DNA from: Amoebidium appalachense
Lineage: Eukaryota > Protista > Ichthyosporea
Direction: 5' to 3'
DNA length: 64,000 nucleotides
Assembly: GCA_963693365.1 (NCBI GenBank)
Contig: CAVNZM010000003.1
Location: 7,063,312-7,127,311 of the forward strand
Below, one piece after another: positions 13,083-26,128 of the stretch (positions are counted from its first letter, which is position 1; every line of letters begins with the position of its first letter). Both the position numbers and the translations under genes were made by a program. The notes beneath the pieces were generated by a model that did not search any database, was not told the DNA's origin, and saw only the letters and a list, made by a program, of their open reading frames with translations.

Positions 13083-14582
13083 CTAGCAGGGCTGTGTTGT
13101 GTGTGTGTGGGCTTGGCGGTGGGGTGCACAGAGCATGCAGGTGCACTGGCAGTTGCGCTTCCTGTGTGGAATGGGGTATGCATGGTGTATGTTTGTGTTG
13201 CTGACTGTCGTCTTCCCCCACCACCACCACCACTACCCCCATGTGCTTGCACACACACGTGCGCACACACACACACACACACACACAAACACCCACCGAC
13301 ACTCCCTCCCGCCCACACAAACACAGAGTTAACACCCGCACCAGCTGAAACAGCAAAGGTGGCCCCAGCCGAGCAAAAGCCAGCCCCCCCTGCAGGGGAG
13401 GGAGAGGAGGATGATGATGATGATGAGGACGAGAAGGAGGGGGGCAAGAACAAGAAGAAGAAGAAGAAGAAGCCGGTGCGTGCGTATGCACAGGGGGCGA
13501 GGGGGGTGGCAGGGAGGGGTCGGCTCTGACAGAGGGGTGGGTGTGCAGGCAGCCAAGAAGGAGGAGCCGGCCCCGGCACCAACCAAGGTTAACGCCAGAG
13601 TCAAGGCCATGCAGGTGAGTGGGGGGAATACGGTGTGTGGTTAGGGCCATGCAGGTGAGTGGGGGGAATATGGCGTGTGGTTAGGGCCATGCAGGTGAGT
13701 GGGGGGAATATGGCGTGTGGTTAGGGCCATGCAGGTGTGTGGGGGGAATATGGCGTGTGGTTAGGGCCATGCAGGGATACGGTGTGTGGTTAGGGCCATG
13801 CAGGGAATACGGTGTGTGGTTAGGGCCATGCAGGGAATATGGTGTGTGTGGTTAGGGCCATGCAGGTGAGTGGGGGGGAAAGTGGTGGTGGTCTAGGCCA
13901 ATCAGTTCCTTTTTTTGTTGGGGGGGGGAGGGAGGGAGGGGGGTAGGATGTGGGTGTTACGTGGCCAGGGCCATGGCTTTGGATGCAGTGTGGGTGCCGA
14001 CCCTGCTTGGCTGCAGGAGGCACTTCAGAAGCAGAAGGAGCTGGAGGAGAGGCTGCGCAGGGAGGAAGAGGAGAGGCAGAGGGCGGAGGAGGAGCGCATC
14101 AGAAAGGTATGGGGGGTAATGGTGGGGGGGGGGGGGGGGGGGGGGAGGGGGATCTGGGGCAGTGTGGCTGGGTCGGAGGGGGAGCATGGTCGAAGTTCTG
14201 GCTGAGCCAGAGTGGGGTGGTTGGCGGTGTGGGTGGAGTCGGGGGGGAGATGAGGATGGTGGGCGGTGTGACTGCGGTGGAGCGGGAGGGGCCGCTGTGG
14301 GTGGGTGGTTGCTAGTGTTTGTGGGATGGAGAGGTGGGGATTCTTGGCGATCTGGTGTGGGGTGGAGGAGTGGAGATGGGACGGGAGAGGTAATGGCTGA
14401 GTGTGGCTGGGACGGGCTGGGGTTTTTTTTTGTTTTGTTTTGGGGGGGGGGGGGGGATGTGAGGTGGATTAGGGCAGTGTGGTGGGTTACTGAGGGGTTT
14501 GGGGGGCAGATTGAGGAGGAGCAGCGGCTGGAGGAGGAGCGCAAGGCGGCAAAGAAACTCAGAGAGCAGGCACGTGCACGGC

Positions 14583-14625
<43 letters not shown>

Positions 14626-14920
14626 ACACACACCCTGCCCTGCCCGACATGCACAGTGTGTTACACTCAAGCACGTCTGCACCGAGCCAGCGTACATGCA
14701 TCTGCCTCGGGTGTTGTGCCGTGCCCGTACATGGCATGTCTACACTTGCTCGGCAATGTGTGTACCTGCGTGCGTGCCTGGACCCTGTAGATCTCTTTCA
14801 CATGCCTGCACGGCCTCCCCGTTTTCATGTGTTGGGCGGAGCTCATGGTGTGTCCTCGTGGTCCTGCCGGTGCCCTGGCATGTGGCTGCATCCATGTGCC
14901 TGTGTGCCTGCACGTTCCCT

Positions 14921-14970
<50 letters not shown>

Positions 14971-17653
14971 AAAAAAAAAAAAAGAAAGAAAGAAAAAGGA
15001 AAAGGAAAAGAAAAAGGAAAAAAACAAAGAAAGAAAAAAAGTTGGGCCTGTGTACCCTGCATGCCCATGTGCCCCTGCACCCTGGCTGTGCCATGCTTAC
15101 TTGTTCTGCAGGAGAAGAAGGCGCGGCTCAAGGCCGAGGGCAAGCTGCTGACCAAGGCCCAGAAGGAGGCCGCAGCTAGGAGAGAGGCCTTCCTGGCCTC
15201 CCTCAAGGCCCAGGGTGCGTCTGTGTGTTGATTGGCTATGCGTGTGTGTGCCTGCGTGTTGATGGCCCTGGGTTCATGGGTGTGTGTTTTGATTGGCCCA
15301 GGGTGTGTCTGACGGCATGTTTGGATTGGCTCGTGGTATGTGCTGTCTGTGTTTATTGATTGGCCAAGGGTTCTATTGTGATTTTTTTATCCTTACAAGG
15401 TGCAAGGTGCGGGGGGGGGGGGGGGGGGGGGGGGTTGAGTAGTGGCTGACAGGGGGTGTAGGGTTGGAGCTGCCGCCCAAGGAGGAGGGAGAGAAGAAGA
15501 AGAAGGTGGTGTACGACAAGAAGAAGAAGCGGCCCGGCCCAGCCACACAGACCTCCCACGAGCCAGATGCAGACCAGCCCCAGCGTACGTGCAGAACCCT
15601 GCTGGTGCCAGAAGGCTTGCCATGCCCTGCATGCATATTTACTTTTTGCTATTTGAATTATTTTCGCATTTTTTCTTTTTCTTTTTCCCTGGGGGGGGGG
15701 GGGGGGGGGGAGGGGGGGGAGGGGGGGGGGGGGGGGGGGGGTATTATGTCTGCATACTCAATCTTGTTGACGCTGAGGGATTGGGTGGATTGGGGGCAAG
15801 ACGGCAGTGTGCACTGGCACTTTTTGCTCACATCCGATGGCTGGCATGTGCAGGTACATCCTGCAATATGCTCTATTATGAGCATGCAAGGGTCTGTATG
15901 GTGCAAGCACGGGCACGCGTATAGTAAAATGGAGTGCAGTAAAAAGGCACCTCAGGGAGTCACATGCACACAGGCCCGTGCGCATGCATACAAGGTGCTA
16001 GATTTGCATACATGCTGGGGCGCTGGTCTTGCCAAAAAGGATATGTGCCTGTGGCATAATGCTGCACACAAGCACGCACGCCCATACATCTTGTACTATT
16101 CCATGTAGTGCAGGCATACATGCACGCCCATACATCTTGTACTATTCCATGTAGTGCAGGCATACATGCACGCCCATACATCTTGTACTATTCCATGTAG
16201 TGCAGGCATACATGCACGCCCATACATCTTGTACTATTCCATGTAGTGCAGGCATACATGCACGCCCATACATCTTGTACTATTCCATGTAGTGCAGGCA
16301 TACATGCACGCCCATACATCTTGTACTATTCCATGTAGTGCAGGCATACATGCACGCCCATACATCTTGTACTATTCCATGTAGTGCAGGCATACATGCA
16401 CGCCCATACATCTTGTACTATTCCATGTAGTGCAGGCATACATGCACGCCCATACATCTTGTACTATTCCATGTAGTGCAGGCATACATGCACGCCCATA
16501 CATCTTGTACTATTCCATGTAGTGCAGGCATACATGCACGCCCATACATCTTGTACTATTCCATGTAGTGCAGGCATACATGCACGCCCATACATCTTGT
16601 ACTATTCCATGTAGTGCAGGCATACATGCACGCCCATACATCTTGTACTATTCCATGTAGTGCAGGCATACATGCACGCCCATACATCTTGTACTATTCC
16701 ATGTAGTGCAGGCATACATGCACGCCGGCATGCGCACGCCTCTATCTACATGTGCCCCTAGGCACAACCCTGCACCATGTGTGCATGGGCGCATCACGTG
16801 ACTGACCTCATTACAGCCATGGAGGAGGACAAGAAGGAGGATGAGGTAGCCAGCAGCGAGGAGAGTGAGGCCGAGGAGGAGGCCCCCGTGGCTGAAGCCC
16901 CGGAGCCTGTAAAGGCAGAAGAGCCTGTGGTGCGTGTGTGTGGGTGCGTGCTAGGTAGGGTGTGTGGGTGCGTGCTAGGTAGGGTGTGTGGGTGCGTGGG
17001 TGGTAGGATGGGGGGGGGGGGGGGGGGGGGAATGGGTTAGAGGTGGGTGGAGAATGAGTGAGTGGGCGTGTGGGCAAGTGGGTGGATGGTTGTGGGTCTG
17101 TGTTGTGTATTGGGCGTGTGGGCAAGTGGGTGGATGGTTGTGGGTCTGTGTTGTGTATTGGGCGTGTGGGCAAGTGGGTGGCCGAGTTCGGAGGTGGGTG
17201 GGTGGTTTTTGCCTTTGTCTTGTCTGTGTCTGTGAAGGCGGTTATGGGCGGGTGGATGTGGGGGTATGTGTGCCCGAGGGGGGGGGGGGGGGGGGGGGGT
17301 TGAGAGGCATGGGTGGGTAGGTGCTGTGGTATTTGTCGTTCGTGGGTGGGTAGGTAACTGCGATTGTATGTTCGAGTGTTGCCTGGACTCATGGCTCTAG
17401 CTCACAGCAAGGTGTAACATGTCCATCTAGCTCACAGCAGGATTTTACTTGTCCATCTAGCTCACAGCAGGATTTTACTTGTCCATCTAGCTCACAGCAG
17501 GATTTTACCTGTCCATCTAGCTCACAGCAGTATGCACCTACAGGCCATGGAGGTAGACAAGGAGGCACCCGATGCCTGGGATGAGGATGTGGCCGATAGC
17601 TGGGAGGCAGCGGCTGCAGACATCATTGGCGCAGGTGTGTGGGCTTGGCCATG

Positions 17654-17695
<42 letters not shown>

Positions 17696-19563
17696 TCGGG
17701 GGAAGGGGGAGGGGGGGTGGCAGGTAGAAGATGGGGAGAGGTATACGGCAAGTAAATGTAAGTGCGGTGAAAAGAACAGTTGGGAGAGGGAGAAGGGAGG
17801 GGGCTGTGCACAGTAGATAAGAAAGGGTTCTGTATCTGCAGGCACCCCCGATAGATGGACAAATGGTAAACGTGCCAAGCAGCTAGTGAGGGAAAACACA
17901 CTCCGGGCACACTGCTCAGGACTCTCTCTCTCCCTCTCTCTCCCCCTCCCCCCCCCCCCCCCCCCCCCCGTCCCCTTACACACACACACACACACACACA
18001 CTGCATGCCCACCCGCATGCACACAGACAAGAAGGAGGGGGCAGCACCTGCGCCCAAGTCAGCAAAAGATGCCCTGGTGGGCAAGGCACAACACCCAGCC
18101 AAGAAGGAGAGTGCTCCGGCCAAAAAAGAGGAAGCCCCGGCCAAGAAGGAGGAAACCAAGGCGCCAGCCAAAGCACCGGCCAAGGCAGCAGCCAGGGCAG
18201 CAGCAGAGAGCAGCAGCGAGGAGGACAGTGACAGTGAGAGTGAGGACGAGACACAGGCCAAGAGGAACGAGATAGAGACCGCACGCAGGAGAATAGAGGT
18301 GTGCTACTGCGCATGCAAAGGGGCACACGGGAGGAGAGGGCGGGGCCTGGCGGGGTGTCTGTGTGTGTTGGGGGGGGGGGATGGTTGGCTGTAAGGGTTG
18401 AGGACAGCTTTGATCCTCCATTGGCGGAGTAGTGCATCTCTTCTTTCTGTTTTAGTGGGGGACCCTGGGGGGGTGTTTAGGGGGAGGGGGGGGGGGGGGG
18501 GGGGCTTGCCCGGGTATGCATTTCTAGTGTATTGCTGTTCAACAGATCGATGTGTGCATCTGCAAGGTATTTCTCCAAGGCCAGACACGGTGCATGTTTT
18601 GTTTCGGCACCAAGCAGTACACTGGGTGCATATGCTTGCCGACCCATTCTGGGCACAGGAGAGGCAACGGGAGGCCGAGGCGGCCAAGACAAAGGACAAG
18701 CTGCGGTCGCCCATCTGCTGTGTGCTGGGCCATGTGGACACGGGCAAGACTAAGATCCTGGACTACATCAGGCGCACAAACGTGCAGGTAAAGAAGAAAG
18801 AAAGACAGAAAAAATAGGAATAAAGAAAGAAGAAAGGAAGAAAGCAGTGTGAAAAGGAAACAAGGGAAGTAAGGAATGCAGGTAGGACTGAAGCCCATAC
18901 TGACCCATCCAACGGTCACAGACGGGTGAGGCCGGAGGTATTACGCAGCAGATTGGTGCTACCTATGTGCCTGCTGAGGCCCTGTCGGACCGCACAAAGG
19001 GCGTCAACACTAGCGGTAGGTGACCGAGATATGCCACGTGAAGAATGGCTGTGTGGATATACTGACTAGGTGGAGATATACTGTGTGGATATACTGGCTG
19101 CATGGCTGTGTGGATATACAGGCTGCATGGCTGTGTGGATATACTGCTGCATGGCTGTCTGGATGTACTGGCTGCATGGCTGTGTGGATATACTGGCTGT
19201 GTGGATATAGTGGCTGTGTGGATACAATGGCTGTGTGGATGTGTGGATATACTGGCTGTCTGGCTGTGTGAATATGTGAATATAGTGTCTGCATGGTGTG
19301 TGGATATACTGCTGCATGGCTGTCTGGATGTAGTGGCTGCATGGCTGTGCAGATATACTGGCTGTGTGGATACAATGGCTGCATACCTGTGTGGATATGT
19401 TGGCTGTGTGGATATACTGGCTGCATACCTGTGTGGATATACTGACAGACTGTGCAGGCAAGCTCTCCATCAACGTGCCCGGGCTGCTGGTTATCGACAC
19501 CCCCGGCCACGAGTCCTTCTCCAACCTGCGGTGGGTAGCCCCCGGGGAAGGGGGGAGGGTGCA

Positions 19564-19639
<76 letters not shown>

Positions 19640-20302
19640 CTGAGTATCTTGTCTCCTCTGTGGCCAGAAAGCGCATACTCTTCCTTCGATGGTTGAATGT
19701 TCTGCGGGGGGCTCGTTATGCCGTGTGCACTAACATGTATCTTCAATGAGAAGACAAACGAAATTAAAGTTCAATCGGCATCGATTAACCTAACTTCAAA
19801 ATCCAATGGTTAGCGGAAATTATAAGTTTATAGATTGATCTGGGACCAAATCGATTTGATGATTGGTCAATTTCAAGGAATGAAATCAATCGTCATCTGG
19901 TGATAATTTTTCTTTAATCGAAATGTCTAAGACAACACATTGATACTAAGAAGACTTTTTCTATTAGCGCATCGCTGACAAACAAATGGTACCGTTCGAT
20001 AGACAAAAAAGTTAGCTTTTATTTAAATATAGGTTTGAGGGGGTTCCGATCGGTGCGAAGGGTCGAAAATTACAAAAGTTTGTCTTCTCACTGAAGACAC
20101 ACTTCAGCCGCATATTCTGTGTGCCCTGTGTTTTGGGGCACATGTCTAACGGGCTGCTGCAGGCTGCGTGGGTCGTCGCTGTGCGACATCAGCGTGCTGG
20201 TGATCGATCTTATGCACGGGCTGGAGCCCCAGACCATCGAGTCCCTCAATCTGCTGCGCAAGGGCAAGACCCCCTTTGTGGTACGTGCTGGGGGGTGGGG
20301 AA

Positions 20303-20333
<31 letters not shown>

Positions 20334-23300
20334 AGGGAGAGAAGGAGGGAGGTGTGGTGAGGTGGTGTGGTTGGGCACTAGAGCTCTAGTCAAGGGCAGA
20401 GGAGAGAGTGCTGATGGGTTTTCTGCAGGTGGCCCTCAACAAGATTGACCGCCTGTACGGCTGGAACTCGGTCAAGGACAGGTATGTACCCTGGGGGTGT
20501 GTGGGGTGTGTCGAGGATGGATGGTTGGGTGGCTGGGTGGGAGCTCACCGGCACGCCTGCAGCCCCATCAAGCAGGCGCTCAAGCGGCAGAAAGACAATG
20601 TCATTAAGGAGTTCAACGACAGAACAACACAGGTCGTCACACAGCTGGCCGAGCAGGTGGGCTGTGTGTGTGGGGGGGGGGGGGGGGGGGGGGAGGGATG
20701 TGTTTGGCCTTGGTGGTCTAGCAACAGTGCTGGGGTGTTGATGATTGTGCTTGGTGTGTGTTTGCTGCCCGGGCACTGATGCTGCGCACAGGGCCTCAAT
20801 GCGGCACTCTACTACGACAACCCGGACCCGCGCAAGTACGTCTCCCTGGTCCCGACCAGCGCACACACTGGCGAGGGCCTGCCGGACCTGCTGATGCTGC
20901 TGGTGCAGCTGACGCAGAAGCTCATGAGCGACCGCATTGCATTCGTCGACAAGATCCAGTGCTCCGTGCTCGAGGTGCGCCAGACACATATGCACGTGCA
21001 CACAGCCGCACATGCACGTGCACACAGCCACACATGCACGTGCACACAGCCACACATGCACGTGCACGTGCACACAGCCGCACATGCACGTGCACACAGC
21101 CACACATGCACGTACACGTGCACACAGCCGCACATGCACACATGCACGTGCACACAGCCGCACATGCATTTGCACACAGCCGCACATGCGCGTGCACACA
21201 GGCGAACATGCATTTGCACACAGCCGCACATGCACGTGCACACAGCCGCACATGCACGTGCACACAGCCGCACATGCACACAGCCAGACATGGAGGTCCA
21301 CACATGCACACAGGCATGTCTGCATGTCCACATGGGCACATGCTTGACCACACTGGGCACAGATGCACGTGCGCACAAGATCACATCCACATCCACACAT
21401 GCACACAACCACGCATGCACGCACATCCAGCCGCACTTGCACGTTCACACAGGAACACATGTGATTGCACACATGCACACATTCACACATTCACACATGC
21501 ATGCCACACGGGTGCTTGTGCGCTTGCAAAAAGATACACGTGTACACAGCCACATATGCTTGTGCCCTGGGATATGAAAGGCAAGCACGTGTATGCATGC
21601 GGGCTCTCAGACAGAACCAAAGGTCCATTTATGCATCTGCATTCACATGATTAAAGCAGAAGCCACGGGTGCACCTGCAACGTGCATGCACGGGTGCAGG
21701 TAGCCGTCCGGGCATGTACCCGTGCCCGTGAGTGGGCACCTGTAGGGGTGTGTTTTTGGGGGGTCCATGACCGGCCAGGCACTACTCTTGGGGACAATTC
21801 ATGTTGGGCAGGCATTGTGTTTGGGGGGGGTCCATGACTGAGCAGGCACTGTGTTTGGGGGGGTCCATGACTAAGCAGGTGCCCTTTTTTGCAGGTCAAG
21901 ATGGTGCAGGGGCTGGGGACGACGATCGATGTGATTCTGTCGCAGGGGCGGCTCAAGACAGGAGACACGATTGTGGTGTCGGGGCTGGATGGGCCCATTG
22001 TCACAAACATCAGGGCACTGCTGATGCCCCAGCCCATGAAGGAGCTGCGGGTCAAGAATGCGTACCAGAACCACGACGAGATCTATGCCGCACAGGGTGT
22101 CAAGATCTCGGCAAAGGTGGGGCACACACGCACTGCACAGGACAGTGATGGACAAACAGACGCATACACACTGGCCAGCACACACGTGCACACGCTGACA
22201 TGTATTCGTACGGACACACACACGTGCGTGCGCACACACCCTTGGCAATACGCTCGCAAGACAGACACCTTCACACAAACAGGCACACACACATACACAC
22301 GAGATGAGACAAGGTGTGTATCTCCTAGGCAGCATGCCCACCGTATGCACGTACAGGCACACTGTGAGTGACATATGCCTGCCCTCCCCCCCCCCCCCCC
22401 CCCCCCCCCCTACCCACCCGAATTTCCTCCCCTTCCTCTTCCTCACCTACCGACCCATCCCACGTCCTTGCAGCCCCCCCCCCCCCTCCCCCCTTCAAAC
22501 CCCACATTCTCACTCACATCCTCGTACCCCCCCCCCCCCCCCCCCTCCTCACACCATCACTCGCATTCATGTAGCCCCCCCTTTTGCTGCAGCCCCTTCC
22601 AACTCCCACTGACCCGTTGCAATTAGGGGCTTGAGAATGCCGTGGCAGGCACACAGCTGTATGTTGCGCAGCATGCGGACGAGGTGGAGTACTATAAGAC
22701 GCTGGTCAGGAGGGACCTGGAGCAGGCCCTGGCCGCACTCAGGACAGAGGACAGGGGGGTGTCGGCACAGGCCTCAACCCTCGGTACGTGGGAAATGGGG
22801 TTTGTGGGTGTGCTTTTTGTTGGGATTCTTTGGTTTTTTGGGGGGGTTTTTTGGACGGAGGGAAGGGGGGGGGGGGGGGGGGGGGGAGGGGGGGGGGGGG
22901 GGCAGGGAGCGGATGAAGAAGTAGGGAAGAGGAGGTTCTCTCCAGCTAGTGCATGTGCCGATGGAGAGGTGGGTTATTGGACCGTTGCTGAACAGAGGGG
23001 GAGGGTTACGGAGCACTGGGTGGGGGCTCTGAGCACTGTATGGTGGGGGACTGAGCACTGGTTTTTTTTTTTTTGGGGGGGGGGGAGAGACTGAGCACCG
23101 GGTGGGGGGGGGGGGGGGGGAGGGGGGGCTGAGCGGTGTTGGGGGGGGGGGGGGGTCCTGGGGCTGAGCACTGAGTTGGGGGAAGGGTGGGTGAGCACTG
23201 GTTGGGGGGAGGGGGGAGCTGAGCACTGGGTGGGAGGGTGGGGGGAATGAGCACTGGGTGGGAGGGTGGGGGGACTGAGCACTGGGTGGTGGGAGGGGGG

Positions 23301-23910
23301 GGGGGGGGGGGGAGGGCAAGAGCACTGGATGTGTGTGTGTTTTTTTTTTTTTTGGGGGGGGGGGGGGAGAGACTGAGCATTGGGGGGAGGAGGGGGGGGG
23401 GGGACTGAGTACTGGGCGGGGATATTGATGAAGGTATGCAGGTGCGCTGGAGGCACTTCTTGTCTTCCTGCGGGAGAGCAAGATCCCCGTAGGCAACGTC
23501 AACATTGGGCCCGTCAACAGAAGGGACGTGGTCAAGTGCTCCACAATGAAGACCCACAACGAGGAGTATGGTGTCATCCTGGCATTCGATGTCAAGGTCC
23601 GTGTTCAATGGTCTGGGTTGGGGGGATGGTGGAGGGGCTCTGGATGTTGTTTGTGAGACAGTTGGTGCAAGGGGATGGGAGCTTAGGGTGGTTTCAATCC
23701 CACCTCTCGCTAAATGAAACAGGTTTCTCGATGGGGCAAGTTGTGTATGCTCATCAAGGTTTCGATGTGAGGTCAGAGGTGGACAATATGGATCATGCTG
23801 TGGATGTAATTTAAGCATGTGATTTGTGTGGGCTTTTGTGTGGGCTGTGTTGGGATATGGGGATGCCTATGTTCGTGTGGGTAATTGAGAAGGGGTGTGT
23901 GTGTGTGGGG

Positions 23911-23948
<38 letters not shown>

Positions 23949-25598
23949 CGCATGTGTAAGTGCAGGACGCAAGCATGTGTAAGTGGTTTGTCTGTGCACG
24001 GGCTCATCCCAAGCGCTGTGCTGCAGGTGGCCAAGGAGGCGGAGGAGATGGCCAAAGACAGCGGGGTCATCATCTTCACGGCAGACATCATCTACCACCT
24101 GTTCGACCGATTCACAGAGCACATGCAGGTGTGTGCGCCTGTGCATGTGTGTGTGCCTGTATCCGCCTGTGATCATGTCCTGAGTGTGCTTTCCGGCCCT
24201 TTACATCAATCGGTCGTTGCTGTGGGAGATGGTGCTTCTTTACTGGGGGGCATGTTCGGAGGCAACTAAACTTAATTTGTTTCGGGTCGTGCCCTCGGAT
24301 GGTCATTTCCTTTAATGGTGGTTTGGTTTGATTATGAGAAAGAGACGAGTAAGAGGGGAGGAGGGAGAGGGAGGGAGGGGGGGGGGGGGGGAGGGGGGGG
24401 GGGGCTGACCGTGATAGATGGGAAGCATGGGAAGGGCTTTGTCTTGCATGCAAGATGCTGCAAGTAGGACACAGCCAACCAACGTGCTTTCTGCAGAAAT
24501 ACCGGGAGAAGAAGCGTGAGGAGAACAGGCACCTGGCGTGGTTCCCCTGCCACCTGGCCATCAAGCCCGAGTTCATCTTCAACACGAGGGACCCAATCAT
24601 CATGGGCGTGGATATAGTCGAGGGCAGGCTGACGGTCGGGGTGCCAATCGTGGTGCCCGGCAAGGAGGTGGGGGGCTATAAAAAGGGGGGGGGGGGGGGG
24701 GGGGGGGGGGAGTAAAATGGATAGGATAGTCAATGAGGGAGGGAAAGGGGGATAAAGGCGGATAGGCTAAGTAAAGGGGGGGGGGGGGGATAGTGGATAG
24801 AGTAGGCAAGGGTGGGAGGGGGGGTCAAACTGGATAGTATAGGCAAGGAGGTGGAGAGGTTTTAACAGTGGATTGGATAGGCAAGGAGAGGGGAAGGGGG
24901 CCCAAATTGATAGGAGAGACAAGGGGGGGGAGGGGGGGGGGGGGGGGGGGGGGGGAGTAAAATGGATAGGATAGTCAATGATGGGGGGAAAGGGGGATAA
25001 AGGCGGATAGGCTAAGTAAAGGGGGGGGGATAGTGGATAGAGTAGGCAAGGGTGGGAGGGGGGTCAAACTGGATAGTATAGGCAAGGAGGTGGAGAGGTT
25101 TTAACAGTGGATTGGATAGGCAAGGAGAGGGGAAGGGGGCCCAAATTGATAGGAGAGACAAGGGGGGGAGGGGGGAGGGGGGGGGGGGGGGGTGGGTAGG
25201 ATAGGATAGGCAGGAAGGTGGGGATGCATTAGAGTGGATACGAGGTGAATGTTGGCCGAAGGGTGGAGGGGCTTGGGTAGAATGCAGGACTGGTGGGTGG
25301 AATGTGCAGATCTGTGAGTTTGAGGGGAAGCAAGCAGAAGGCTTGCAAGGAGTGGATTTGTGTGTGCGTGTTTTGGTTGGTTGGGGGGGGGGGGGGGGGG
25401 GGGGTATAGTTTAGGGCAAAAAAGTGGGTTGAAAATGGGCAGGGGAGAGAGCGATCATGGCAAGTGAGCCACTGTGCTGACTGATGTGTGCAGTTTGTGG
25501 AGATTGGCATTGTGGAGAGCATCGAGATCAACAACAAGCCCGTACAGGAGGCTAAGGTGGGCATTCTCTCCTTGCGCTTTCTCTCTCTCTCTCTCTCC

Positions 25599-25640
<42 letters not shown>

Positions 25641-26074
25641 CCCCTTTTGCCTGTGCACCCATCCTCTCCATCCTTGCCAGTGTAACCGGTTTGCCCAACC
25701 CTAATGTCCACTTGGGTACAAAGTGGTCTCGAATGTGATTGGATACAAAAAGCAATTACCTAAACGTCATCTGGAGAGGCGCACAACCCTCCCCCCCCCT
25801 CTCCTCCCCTGCCTCCCCGAAGGTGTACTGCTACCCCACCTGCACCCGCCACCATGGTGTGCCCAAATAGCCACCAAGTTGCCGGTCCCTGCATGGGCCT
25901 GTGGGTGCTGATATGCGGGGCTGCAGGTTGGGCAGGCCGTGTGCATCAAGCTGCGCAACACCCACGATGCCCCGAGGATGTACGGTCGCCACTTTGACGA
26001 AAAGGATGGCCTCTACACAAATGTAAGTGCCCGTGCTCTTGGCTCAGTCCTATCCTCCCTTCTCTATTCCTTCC

Positions 26075-26128
<54 letters not shown>

